A stretch of DNA of 64,000 nucleotides from Candidatus Poribacteria bacterium (lineage in GTDB: Bacteria > Poribacteria > WGA-4E > PCPOR2b): NCBI GenBank assembly GCA_965208675.1, contig OZ242351.1, forward strand, positions 672,001 through 736,000, written 5' to 3'. The position numbers and the translations under genes are program-made. Numbering within the stretch: the first letter of the stretch is position 1; every line of letters begins with the position of its first letter. The notes beneath the pieces were generated by a model. The model searched no databases. It was not told where the DNA came from and saw only the letters and a list, made by a program, of their open reading frames with translations. Below, one piece after another: positions 54,213-64,000 of the stretch.

Positions 54213-55016
54213 ATGGGAAAATTAACCTTGATGTGCACGATTGTCATGGCTGTCGCGCTGGTGCATTCGGGCATCAGCGACGCGGCGATAGATCCCTCAA
54301 CCGCCATGGGAATATGGCTGTTGGACGAGGGAAGCGGCGATACAGCCTTCGATTCGTCCGGCAACGACCATCACGGGACGATTAACGGCGCCCAATGGGC
54401 AGAAGGAAAGTTCGGCGGCGCATTGAGTTTTGACGGTCAGGACGATTTTGTCGATTGCGGCAATTCTGAACTATTGCGAATCAGCGCCGGTTCCATGGCT
54501 GCATGGATAAGCATTAACGTCAGCGACGACAGCGGTTTATCCGCGGTGACACTTCCTTATGATGACGGGGACGCGTGGGACGATCCTTGGCGGAGTTTGG
54601 GGCTGGGTTCTTGGCGAGGTTCGTTGCGCTACTGGCTGGCAATAGACGGTAATAACGCCGAAATGCAGCCGGGCGACATCAATACGAATCAATGGTATCA
54701 TCTGGTGGCGACGTTTGATGGCACAAGCCGGAAAGCATATCTTGACGGCGAACTCAAGTTTGAAGCTGAAACGCCGGGTACGATTATTTACGGCGATCCG
54801 AAGCCATCTTTTGTCATTGGGGACCGTAATGTAAACCGTGCCGCGTCCGGGGAGCGCATGAACGGCCTCGTCGACGATGTCGGCGTGTTTAATGTTGCGC
54901 TAAGCGACAGCGATGTTTCGGACATTATGAACAATGGCCTGCAAGGCGTTGTTGCGGTTGAACCGTCCGGCAAACTGGCTACGACTTGGGCGACCGTGAA
55001 AAACCGGCGTGAGTAG
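54213..55016 (+). CDS. Secreted LamG domain protein
   Basis: Signal peptide, WLLDEGSG..DSSGN..G, WYHLVATFDG, tail VEPSGKLATTWATVK. Confidence 0.9.
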   Translation: MGKLTLMCTIVMAVALVHSGISDAAIDPSTAMGIWLLDEGSGDTAFDSSGNDHHGTINGAQWAEGKFGGALSFDGQDDFVDCGNSELLRISAGSMAAWISINVSDDSGLSAVTLPYDDGDAWDDPWRSLGLGSWRGSLRYWLAIDGNNAEMQPGDINTNQWYHLVATFDGTSRKAYLDGELKFEAETPGTIIYGDPKPSFVIGDRNVNRAASGERMNGLVDDVGVFNVALSDSDVSDIMNNGLQGVVAVEPSGKLATTWATVKNRRE

Positions 55017-55022
55017 CGTCTG

Positions 55023-55055
55023 AACCTTCGGAAGGCGTCGCGCCTTCCGAAGGTT
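55023..55055. repeat. Perfect 15-bp hairpin between LamG paralogs
   Basis: AACCTTCGGAAGGCG-tcg-CGCCTTCCGAAGGTT, no U tract. Confidence 0.7.
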
Positions 55056-55086
55056 GTTCAAATACTGGTATGGGAGGTGAGGACCA

Positions 55087-55881
55087 ATGGGGCGGTTTAT
55101 TCAAACATGCGTAATATGTGCGTTAGCCGTACTGATGTGTAGCGGTGCGGGCGACACAAAAATTGACCCGGAAACGGCTGTTGGTGTATGGTTGTTAGAT
55201 GAGGGCAGCGGAAATACCGTTTCGGATATCACGGGCAACGGGAATGACGGGGAATTCGTTGGCGAACCCAAATGGATTGACGGGGTGTTCGGCAAGGCGC
55301 TGCATTTTGACGGCAAAGACGACATGGTTCCGGTCGGTCAAAACGAAGTTTTACGCGTGAGTGAGGGAACGATGATGAATTGGATAAATACGCAGACCGC
55401 CAACGACATCGGTTTGTCTTCGATGACCATTCCTTATGACGATGGGCCGGCGTGGGATGCGCCGTGGCGGAGTTTGGGGCTGGGCACATGGCAGGGTCAA
55501 CTCCGATACTGGATTGCGATTAACGACCAGAATCAGGAAATACAACCGGGCAACATTGAGGTAGATCGCTGGTATCACGAAACGATTACCTTTGACGGCG
55601 AGACACGGAAAGCGTACCTTGACGGTGAACTTGTACAAGCGGTCGATGGGCCGGGCGAAATTACGTATGGGAAACCTACACCAACTGCTGTAATTGGCAG
55701 CGCAAGTATCGCGGTTCCCAGAGAACTGTTTAATGGATACGTAGATGAAATCGCGATTTTTAACGTCGCACTTAGCGAAGAGGACATTAACGACATTATC
55801 GACAACGGACTTAACGACATCTTAGCGGTCAATCCCAAAGGGAAGGTGACCACGACTTGGGCAGATATCAAAAGCGAATGA
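55087..55881 (+). CDS. Secreted LamG domain protein (tandem paralog)
   Basis: Shares PYDDG.AWD.PWRSLGLG.W.G.LRYW with the upstream gene. Confidence 0.9.
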   Translation: MGRFIQTCVICALAVLMCSGAGDTKIDPETAVGVWLLDEGSGNTVSDITGNGNDGEFVGEPKWIDGVFGKALHFDGKDDMVPVGQNEVLRVSEGTMMNWINTQTANDIGLSSMTIPYDDGPAWDAPWRSLGLGTWQGQLRYWIAINDQNQEIQPGNIEVDRWYHETITFDGETRKAYLDGELVQAVDGPGEITYGKPTPTAVIGSASIAVPRELFNGYVDEIAIFNVALSEEDINDIIDNGLNDILAVNPKGKVTTTWADIKSE

Positions 55882-56061
55882 AGTAACGCAAACCTAGGGA
55901 TTGCATCTGCGCACATGGCAGCTCGAAATCCCCCGGTAGAATTGCTTTGGCATAGCGTGGACTGCTACTGCACGACATGCACACGCGCTCTTTGTAGTTG
56001 AACAGAAACCGAGTTTTGGCGAAAAACTCGGTTTCACAGCGCGTTAGGTGAGAAAGTTATG

Positions 56062-56103
56062 AAAGCCAGAGAGTGTGTGCATCCTTTCTGGCTTTTTGGT
56101 TTT
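56062..56103 (+). terminator. Intrinsic terminator candidate
   Basis: AAAGCCAGAGA...TTTCTGGCTTT followed by TTGGTTTT. Confidence 0.55.
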
Positions 56104-56627
56104 ATAGTCACTGCAACTAAAAATTACACATTACCTTCAATCCAATCAAAAAGAGGTGTCAACCCCCAAAACTATCGCCTTCGCTATCCACTCAGTTGAT
56201 CCCTTATCAGGGGGGTATCTGAATGTGTGTAAATATGAATGTAAATGGCTATATGGCTGAAATATCGTATCTCGTTTAACAGCTTCTATAAAGGGAAATG
56301 AGACCTCTAATCCAGGCTGAAACGACGACTGGCGCAATTGCAGCGGGTAAATCGAGCGCGTTAAACTCCCTGACTGCTGGTTGATCGCCCTTAGCCAAAA
56401 TCCGTTGCACTTGTTTATGGGAATCATAGGAGCGCGCCGCGGAATGGAAGTTACGGGCATCGTTGCGTACGGGGCACACCGGGCGGCAATTGGATATAGT
56501 CTGGATAAGCCGATGTTACGATTCATGTTGGAGATTGGCTAACTGTTGATGTCCATTCCGGGCTATGTTATAATCCCAACCGTGTGGATTACGGGAAAAA
56601 AATGAATTTTTCGGAAGGGAAACCTTG

Positions 56628-57419
56628 ATGGCGGATCGATTAAAAAATAAGGTGGCGTTGATTACCGGCGGCGGGACGGGTATCGGCAAGGCGATTGCCA
56701 TTATTTTCGCACGGGAAGGCGCAAAAGTGGCTGTTTCGGGTAGGACAGCCAGCACTTTAACTGAAACCGTTGCACACATCATTGATGAAGGAAATGATGC
56801 GATTTACATCCAAGGTGATGTATCTATCGCAGCAGACGCCGACCGGATGGTTGAGGATACTGTCGCAAAATTCGGCAAACTTGACGTGTTGGTCAACAAT
56901 GCGGGGGTTCGGGCAAGTATTTTGACGGTATTGGAATTGACTGAAGATGAATGGCAGCGAACGTTTGATATTGATGCAAAAGGGACGTGGCTCTGCTCGA
57001 AAGCGGCAATTCCTGAAATGCAAAAGGCGGGCGGCGGTTCCATTATCATGATTTCATCCAATTGCGCGTATATCGGACTCCGCAAACAGGGGGCGTATAA
57101 TGCCGCCAAGGCAGCTCAAGAGTTCCTGATGAAATGCATGGCGCTTGACTTCGCACCCGACAAGATTCGCGTCAATTCGATTTGTCCGGCGTGGGTTAGA
57201 ACGGAAATGAACCGCGAACAGTTAGCCGAGATGGAAGCCAATCCAGATCAGGAATTTCCGCCCGGCTTTAAGTATACCGATGTTGTGGACCTGCATCCCA
57301 TCGGGCGAATCGGCGAACCGGAGGATGTGGCATGGGCGGCCGTCTATTTTGCGTCCGATGAATCTACTTGGGCTACCGGCTCTTCGCTCGCACTCGACGG
57401 CGGATACACGTGCCAGTAA
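56628..57419 (+). CDS. SDR family oxidoreductase
   Basis: TGGGTGIG, NNAG, YNAAK. Confidence 0.95.
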   Translation: MADRLKNKVALITGGGTGIGKAIAIIFAREGAKVAVSGRTASTLTETVAHIIDEGNDAIYIQGDVSIAADADRMVEDTVAKFGKLDVLVNNAGVRASILTVLELTEDEWQRTFDIDAKGTWLCSKAAIPEMQKAGGGSIIMISSNCAYIGLRKQGAYNAAKAAQEFLMKCMALDFAPDKIRVNSICPAWVRTEMNREQLAEMEANPDQEFPPGFKYTDVVDLHPIGRIGEPEDVAWAAVYFASDESTWATGSSLALDGGYTCQ

Positions 57420-57484
57420 CCAGTAATGTACGTGCTCGAATTGAGGTAGACCGCTAAATTAAACAGAGCTGGCAAACAAGGATT

Positions 57485-59809
57485 ATGGAGCAACATTCAG
57501 TGAAATTTAAAGAAGATGTGTTACAGCGTAACGATTTAGTTTACAAGGTGCTTCCGCCTCGCTGGGTATTTGGATTGCCTATCGGCAACGGTCAGATCGG
57601 CGGCATGATTTGGGTGGAGGACGAAACGAAAATTGTCGTCACACTTGACAGCGTTTGGGCATGGGATTACCGGCAAACGCCGATACAAAATCCTGAGACG
57701 AATAACTACGCGCGATTTCGAGAACTCATGGCTGCGGGCGACGAGGAGGAAGCCCAGCAGGTTTTGAGGCCCGGCGGCATACAACCCACCAAGACCTACG
57801 TGGGCCGCCTCGTGGTTGATGTGGGGCGAAAAATTACGGGCGAGGCGCGTTTACGCTTAGCCGATGCTGAGGTTGGACTTGAAGCACTGGCGGACAATGG
57901 AGAGACGATTCACCTAAAGTTCGCCGCCTATGCGAATTTACCCGCCATCGCGGTACAGCACAGACCTAAATCGGCGATAAAGGAGATTCGGCTTGAGCGG
58001 CTTCCGCCAGACGGCGTCGGGCTCCATGATGTACCGGACCTTGTAACCGGTGCATCGAATGCCGTTGAATGGATACGCCAAGACATTCCAAGTAGTCCGT
58101 CGATTGTGATAGCGTTGCTTTCGGGCGAGACACAATCCTTTGCAACCGTCCAAGTCGCGCGGAATGGCTTAGATCCCGTAGAAGAGGCGTTAAAAGTACT
58201 TGAGTCGGCGGCGGCTAATGCGAACACACACTGCGAAGTACACCGTTCCTGGTGGGCGCGGTTCTGGGAGAAATCTGCGGTTCAGATGCCGGACGAAAAA
58301 ATTGAGTCGGTCTGGTATATGGGATTGTATATGCTGGCTTCAGCGAGCCGCGAGGGCGGTTGCGCGGCGAGCCTGCACGGTCTCTGGTCGCCTGACAGTT
58401 GCATCCCTCCGGCGCTCGGTTTTTATATTTGGGACTTTTATTCGCAGCATTGGGGGCTTTATACAGCGAATCAGTTAGAAATCGGGGAGGTTTTTTGCGA
58501 TCATTTCTTGTCAATTCTTCCGCGCCTAAAAGAAGAGACGCAGCGCTTTTATGGATGGGACGGGGTGTTCGTCCCCGGATTCATGATAGTCGATGGATCA
58601 TGGATTTATCTCGGCCACACCCAATTATTGATTTGGCCCGGAACCAGTGCATGGGTGGCACAGGCGTTCTGGTGGCAATATCTGTACAGTAACGATGTCG
58701 ATTTTCTGCAACAGAAAGCCTATCCGTTTATGCGCGAATGTATGTTGTTCTATGAAGGATTGCTCGAAAAAGAGAACGACGGCAAATACCATTTGAACGT
58801 GAGCTACGCGCCTGAATTCAAGAGCTGGATCCGCGACGACACACTTAGCTTAGCCGTGATTCGATATCTCGTTGATGGGCTTTTGCGAGCAGTTGAGATA
58901 CTTCAGAACGATGAGCCTCATCTCGCCGTCTGGCAAGACATAGCAGAGAATCTCCAAACCTACCACGTAAACGATTCGGGACTGATGTTCGGAGAAGAGT
59001 TGCCGTACACAGAATCTCACCGCCACATGTCTCATCTCGGACCGGTCTACCCGTGCGATAGCCTGAACATTGACGGTTCTTCGGAGGATCGCCAACTCAT
59101 CGATCGGACGATAAATCACGTCATCCTTAATGGTTACGGAACATTCGTCGGGTGGGCGTTCGTTTGGCTGTCAGCGATTGCTGCGAGAGCCGGGCGCGGA
59201 CAGATGGCGTGGTGGACGCTCAAACAGTTTGCAGACGCTTTCGTCCCCTGTAACACGTACAATCTCAACCTGGATTGGGAACGGAACGGCATCTCAATTC
59301 AGCCAGACACCTTGTGTGTCGATGGAAATATGGGGGCAGTAGATTCGGTCAACCAGATGCTCTTGCAGAGTTGGGGCGGCCGTATTCGCGTGTTCCCCGC
59401 CTGTCCCAGCCATTGGCGCGACGTCAGATTTGACAACCTTCGCTGCGAGGGCGGCATATTAGTATCTGCGGTGCGTTCAAAGGGACAGACACTAGGCGTT
59501 CGGCTGGAATCTGCGTCAGAAACACGAGTTCGCCTGAGAAACCCATTTAGTGATGCCGGCGGTTATCTCAACGGAGCCTTGATTCAACCCGATGCGGACG
59601 GAGATCTAGTCGTCAATCTGAGCGCCAATCAAGCGGTATGGTTGACCATCACATCCGAAATGACAGGTACTGACTTGGATGACTTTACCGTCGAACGGCC
59701 GGAAGCGATGCGGAACCCGTATGGGCTGAAATACCTTGAAGATGGGTGGTTGGCTGATAATCCGGACATTCCAAACGTACACCCCCACTTTCACAACACT
59801 TTCATCTGA
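57485..59809 (+). CDS. GH95-like glycoside hydrolase (alpha-fucosidase-like)
   Basis: GLPIGNG, APE, HRHMSHL, DGNMG, MLLQSW..FPA.P..W. Confidence 0.75.
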   Translation: MEQHSVKFKEDVLQRNDLVYKVLPPRWVFGLPIGNGQIGGMIWVEDETKIVVTLDSVWAWDYRQTPIQNPETNNYARFRELMAAGDEEEAQQVLRPGGIQPTKTYVGRLVVDVGRKITGEARLRLADAEVGLEALADNGETIHLKFAAYANLPAIAVQHRPKSAIKEIRLERLPPDGVGLHDVPDLVTGASNAVEWIRQDIPSSPSIVIALLSGETQSFATVQVARNGLDPVEEALKVLESAAANANTHCEVHRSWWARFWEKSAVQMPDEKIESVWYMGLYMLASASREGGCAASLHGLWSPDSCIPPALGFYIWDFYSQHWGLYTANQLEIGEVFCDHFLSILPRLKEETQRFYGWDGVFVPGFMIVDGSWIYLGHTQLLIWPGTSAWVAQAFWWQYLYSNDVDFLQQKAYPFMRECMLFYEGLLEKENDGKYHLNVSYAPEFKSWIRDDTLSLAVIRYLVDGLLRAVEILQNDEPHLAVWQDIAENLQTYHVNDSGLMFGEELPYTESHRHMSHLGPVYPCDSLNIDGSSEDRQLIDRTINHVILNGYGTFVGWAFVWLSAIAARAGRGQMAWWTLKQFADAFVPCNTYNLNLDWERNGISIQPDTLCVDGNMGAVDSVNQMLLQSWGGRIRVFPACPSHWRDVRFDNLRCEGGILVSAVRSKGQTLGVRLESASETRVRLRNPFSDAGGYLNGALIQPDADGDLVVNLSANQAVWLTITSEMTGTDLDDFTVERPEAMRNPYGLKYLEDGWLADNPDIPNVHPHFHNTFI

Positions 59810-59873
59810 TTGGGTGTCAGCCTTGTGCGGGTAGCGTCTCAAAAATACTTATCTGAGGAGATGCCTTAGCCTA

Positions 59874-62312
59874 ATGCCCTCCACCCGGGAGATACTTGAT
59901 AGAAACGATTTGGTTTACAACGTGCTGCCGCCTCGTTGGGTTTTTGGATTACCGATTGGAAACGGAAAGATTGGCGGGATGGTATGGGTAGAGGATGGAA
60001 CGAAAGTCGTGATTACGCTCGATCATGTTTGGGCATGGGACCTGCGCGAGCATCCCCGGAATGACCCTGAAAAGTTTCGTTTCGACAATTTGGTTGAACG
60101 CAACGGGCACTTACTCCGAAAAGACCGCCTCGCAGACATTGAAGCCGGTCGCCTCCCTACTGAAGCCGGTTTCTTGACGGACATCCTTTGCTCGGTTGAC
60201 TGGAGCCTGTCACTGCCTTCAAAAACGCACGTGGGCCGCTTCGTCATTGAATTCGACCAGACAATTACGGGATCTGCCCGCCTTAGTCTCTGGGATGCGG
60301 AGGCGGTATTAGAACTCCGTACTGAAACCGGAGAACGAGTACGCCTTGAAATTCGTACCGATGCCAATGTGCCCGTAATTTGTGTATCGCACAACCGCAG
60401 TGATATCATAAGGGATTTTCGACTCGAAAGAGTCGCGTCCGACGATTTGATCCCGCATCAACCACCAGGCGAAGTTTCTCCGGCGTGGTATAGACTCCCG
60501 GATTGTGAATGCGGGAAAAGAGGGGAAATCAGATGGATGCGTCAGGACATCCCGCATAGCCCGTCGTTGGTGCTCGCGTTCCTATCGGGTGACGAGCAGA
60601 CATTTGTAACAGTGCAGGCTTCGCATGACTGCAACGATTCCGTGGAAGCGGCCGTAAGTGCGCTTAAACAAGCGGCGTCCACGCCTGAGCAGCATCTGGC
60701 AGAACACCACACGTGGTGGCAACGGTTTTGGGGGCGTTCTAGCGTCCAATTGACAGATGCGAAGATTGAGTCTTTATGGTACATGGGGCTTTATCTTTTA
60801 GCGTCGTCCAGCCGTGAAGGCGGCGCTTCGGTGAGTTTGCACGGGCTATGGCAACCAGATAGCCGCATGCCGCCTTCCTTGGGTCTCTACATCTGGGATT
60901 TTTATCCCCAATACTGGGGGATTTATGGCGCGAACCATCTGGAGTTGGGAACAGCCTACTACGAACACTTTCTCTCCATCTTGCCTCGCCTGAAAGAAGA
61001 AACTGTGAAATTTTACGGTTGGGATGGCGTTTTTGTGCCTGGCCAAATGGCGATTGACGGTTCGTGGCTACTCGCGCCGTGGCCGCATGTCCTTTTTTGG
61101 CCGGGAACGAGCGCTTGGATCGCGCAGGCGTTTTGGCAACACTATCTCTATAGCAGGGATGATGTGTTCCTCAAGCACAAGGCATATCCATTTATGCGGG
61201 AGTGCATGTTATTCTACGAGGGTTTTCTGAGTAAAGGCGAGGACGGCAAGTATCACATTTATCCCACTCAATCGCCAGAAACGGGTGGATGGGGAAGGGA
61301 CGATACCCTTTCACTTGCCTTGCTGCGCAATCTCATCAGCGGGCTGTTAGAAGCGGTCAATATAACTGGATTGAATGAACCGCATAGAGAGATTTGGACG
61401 GAGATACTGGATAATCTGCCCGACTACCATCAGGACGATTCCGGTTTGCATCTAAAAGAGGGCGCAGCGTATACCCGGTGTCATCGCCACCTGTCCCATC
61501 TTGCGCCAATCTATCCCGTTGGCGACATCAATATTGACGGGTCAAAGCAAGAGTTGCAACTCATTGAGCGATCGCTCAATACGGTAGTTTCCAAGGGATA
61601 TGGAATCTGGGTGGGTTGGTCATTCGCGTGGGCTTCAATTATCGCCGCGCGGGCTGGACGCAAGCAGATGGCGTGGTGGACACTCAAGCAACTCGCGGAT
61701 GCCTACGTCTCATGCAACACATTCAACCTGAATCTCGATTGGGAACGGAACGGCATCGCATCGGATACAGACGCCTACTGCCAGGACGGCAACATGGCGG
61801 CTGTGGCAGCCGTAAACGAGATGCTTTTGCAGAGTTGGGGAGGACGAATTCGTGTTTTTCCCGCATGTCCGCCGCATTGGCGAGATTGCCGTTTTGACGG
61901 ACTGCTTTGTGAAGGCGGCATAGAGGTGTCCGCCGTTCGTTCAAACGGACAAACATTGGCGGTATGTTTGGAGTCTGCATCAGACCAACAAGTTCGGCTC
62001 TTCGATCCATTTGAACAGCGGGGCGGTTATCACGATGGATATCGAATTCAACCCGATTCAGACGGCGATTTGGTAATAGACCTGAAGTCTGGTAAGGGAA
62101 TGTGGTTAACCGCAACGGCAGAAATTGAGCCTTCCGACTTCGACGCGTTCTCCGTCAACAAATCGGCAACGATGGTGAACCCCTACGGATTGAAATACCT
62201 CGACGATGCATGGTTCACCGAAAATCCGGATATCCCGGCAGTACACCCCTATTTCTGCGACTCTTTCGTGAAAGCATCCCCGGTACATTATGTTTCGATC
62301 GGCGTGTCATGA
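59874..62312 (+). CDS. GH95-like glycoside hydrolase (tandem paralog)
   Basis: GLPIGNG, SPE, HRHLSHL, DGNMA, EMLLQSW. Confidence 0.75.
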   Translation: MPSTREILDRNDLVYNVLPPRWVFGLPIGNGKIGGMVWVEDGTKVVITLDHVWAWDLREHPRNDPEKFRFDNLVERNGHLLRKDRLADIEAGRLPTEAGFLTDILCSVDWSLSLPSKTHVGRFVIEFDQTITGSARLSLWDAEAVLELRTETGERVRLEIRTDANVPVICVSHNRSDIIRDFRLERVASDDLIPHQPPGEVSPAWYRLPDCECGKRGEIRWMRQDIPHSPSLVLAFLSGDEQTFVTVQASHDCNDSVEAAVSALKQAASTPEQHLAEHHTWWQRFWGRSSVQLTDAKIESLWYMGLYLLASSSREGGASVSLHGLWQPDSRMPPSLGLYIWDFYPQYWGIYGANHLELGTAYYEHFLSILPRLKEETVKFYGWDGVFVPGQMAIDGSWLLAPWPHVLFWPGTSAWIAQAFWQHYLYSRDDVFLKHKAYPFMRECMLFYEGFLSKGEDGKYHIYPTQSPETGGWGRDDTLSLALLRNLISGLLEAVNITGLNEPHREIWTEILDNLPDYHQDDSGLHLKEGAAYTRCHRHLSHLAPIYPVGDINIDGSKQELQLIERSLNTVVSKGYGIWVGWSFAWASIIAARAGRKQMAWWTLKQLADAYVSCNTFNLNLDWERNGIASDTDAYCQDGNMAAVAAVNEMLLQSWGGRIRVFPACPPHWRDCRFDGLLCEGGIEVSAVRSNGQTLAVCLESASDQQVRLFDPFEQRGGYHDGYRIQPDSDGDLVIDLKSGKGMWLTATAEIEPSDFDAFSVNKSATMVNPYGLKYLDDAWFTENPDIPAVHPYFCDSFVKASPVHYVSIGVS

Positions 62313-62438
62313 GGTTAAATGCATCTCGTGGACGGCGCATTAAATTCCTGTAATGCTACAACTACGAACTCAAACCGATTTTTACCGATTAACACCGTTT
62401 TACGTTTGAGCGGTTTAATACGCTACGGCAAATACATC

Positions 62439-64000
62439 ATGGATGAAAAATTTCCCCAGAGAGCGGTGCACCTCGATTTCCACACGATGCCGAGGGTTGA
62501 GGACGTTGGAATTGAATTTAACGCAGACGAATTTGCGCAGACGCTTAGCGACGCACATGTGGATTTCATCACCGTCTTCGCACGATGCAACCTAGGTTTT
62601 GCCTATTATCCAACAGAGGTTGGTATAGTTCATCCGGGAATCCAGACGGATGACATGCTTGGTCCTATGATTGAGGCGTGTCACCGCCAAAACATCCGGG
62701 TGGCAGCGTATATTAACGCCGGTCTCGACCATGAACATGCGCTGCGGCACAGGGAATGGTGTAAAATAAACAAAGCGGGACAGGTTTACAATGTTTCGGA
62801 GATGGGGCATTATTTCAGAAGCATGTGCTTGAATACGGGTTATGGAGAACACCTCCTGCGCATGGTGGACGAACTATTGACGAACTACCCGGTTGATGGG
62901 CTATTTCTGGACTGCTTCGATCTTTCACCCTGTTACGGCGTAGAATGCCTTTCCGATATGGACGCATCAGGTCTGGACAAATTCGACGACGATCAGGTCG
63001 GCGAATTTTGTGTGCGAATGACGGACGCTTTTCTCGAAAAGGTCAAAAACCGATCGCGTCAACTGGCGCCGGGCATTTATCTTTACTTCAACGGTATTCG
63101 CTACAGAAACCAGCCAACCCATTTTGAGTTGGAGGTTCTTCCGCCTGCGTGGGGCTACGACTATCTGCCTTTCGCCATCAGATACGCGCGTACTTTGGGC
63201 AAACCTTACTTTACGATGACCGGCAGATTTCATAAGAGTTGGGGGGACTTTGGCGGGATTAGGACGAAGCATTCTCTAAAGTTCGACTGTTATTATTCGA
63301 TTATCAATGGAGGTACCTGCTCCGTCGGTGACCACATGCATCCGCGCGGCAAGCTGGATCCAGAGGTGTATCGGCTGATTGGAAATACTTATGCAGAAAT
63401 TGAAGCATTGGAGCCGTGGACGGCGAGCGCGAGAGCTTTATCCGAAATTGTGGTTCTCGATCCGCGTCTGCGCCGGGTTCCGGGTGAATACCGAATTCGA
63501 CAGGGACACAGTCTCCAAGGTGCTGCTAGAATGCTGTCGGAATTGAATTGCCAGTTTGACATGAGCGACGGGGATATAGATCTTTCCGGTTACCAAGTGG
63601 TGATTCTACCGGATGATGTCCCATTGGACGAGAAACATGCGGCGTCGTTAACCCAGTACCTTGAGAATGGCGGTGCGATTATTAGCTCTGCCCATGCGGG
63701 ATTAAAGCCGGATAAGAGTGGATTTGCGTTAGATGCTTACAAGGTGAATTACGAAGGGCCAGAGCCGTATAATTTTAGCTTCTTTGAGGCACAGCCCGGC
63801 ATAAATTATGAACTGCCCGATATGCTGACAACGGTATACGAGCCGGGAATCGCCATGACTGCTGCGGAAGGTTCAGAAATCCTAGCCAAGCTGCACAAAC
63901 CGTATTTCAACCACGAAGAATGGGACTTGTACCACGAACATCTTTACATTCCGCCCAAAGCGGACACGGGCCGGCCGGCGCTGGTGAATTGCGGAAATTT
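62439..64000 (+). CDS. GHL6/alpha-fucosidase-like hydrolase with beta-galactosidase trimerisation-like domain (runs off the window end; absent from the ORF track)
   Basis: Manual translation MDEKFPQRAVHLDFHTMP..FARCNLGFAYYPTEVG..HPG, RFHKSWGDFGG. Confidence 0.75.
   Translation, partial: MDEKFPQRAVHLDFHTMPRVEDVGIEFNADEFAQTLSDAHVDFITVFARCNLGFAYYPTEVGIVHPGIQTDDMLGPMIEACHRQNIRVAAYINAGLDHEHALRHREWCKINKAGQVYNVSEMGHYFRSMCLNTGYGEHLLRMVDELLTNYPVDGLFLDCFDLSPCYGVECLSDMDASGLDKFDDDQVGEFCVRMTDAFLEKVKNRSRQLAPGIYLYFNGIRYRNQPTHFELEVLPPAWGYDYLPFAIRYARTLGKPYFTMTGRFHKSWGDFGGIRTKHSLKFDCYYSIINGGTCSVGDHMHPRGKLDPEVYRLIGNTYAEIEALEPWTASARALSEIVVLDPRLRRVPGEYRIRQGHSLQGAARMLSELNCQFDMSDGDIDLSGYQVVILPDDVPLDEKHAASLTQYLENGGAIISSAHAGLKPDKSGFALDAYKVNYEGPEPYNFSFFEAQPGINYELPDMLTTVYEPGIAMTAAEGSEILAKLHKPYFNHEEWDLYHEHLYIPPKADTGRPALVNCGN

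Noticed and set aside
56146-56600. Short ORFs upstream of the SDR gene
   Set aside because: No motif, RBS or consistent frame

Overview
Bacterial chromosomal window, most likely Candidatus Poribacteria. This is inferred from four secreted LamG proteins ending in a V-x-P-x-[GD]K-[LV]-xxx-W-xx-[ILV]K tail, repeated PhyH dioxygenases, a DUF6785/6784-type membrane protein and dense REP/MITE-like intergenic mosaics. Layout: (1) 1.2-12.1 kb catabolic cluster (LamG, PhyH x2, sugar isomerase x2, membrane protein, Zn-ADH, BKACE); (2) 13-38 kb mostly housekeeping (giant hypothetical, DUF5069-like, vWA, coaE, GMC operon, amidase, metG, holA, MoxR, HU, nfo, PhnP-like, katG); (3) 38.8-44.9 kb defence island (GmrSD, SBD-HNH, Mrr_N-only, HTH-transmembrane fusion); (4) 45.6-49.4 kb small enzyme genes separated by repeats; (5) acs plus an orphan ComD-like gene; (6) 54-64 kb glycan cluster (LamG x2, SDR, GH95-like x2, truncated GHL6-like). 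The top finding is an apparently complete ribosome-mediated transcription attenuator upstream of metG: promoter, Met/Cys-rich 15-aa leader MKRFAFLSNMCMSMC, protector hairpin, antiterminator and U7 terminator. Also notable: three MITEs with perfect 5-bp target duplications but different cargo, a promoter-to-terminator orphan sRNA candidate, and a candidate C-terminal sorting signal. No rRNA, tRNA or CRISPR array was seen. All family calls come from motif recognition by eye; no database searches were run.
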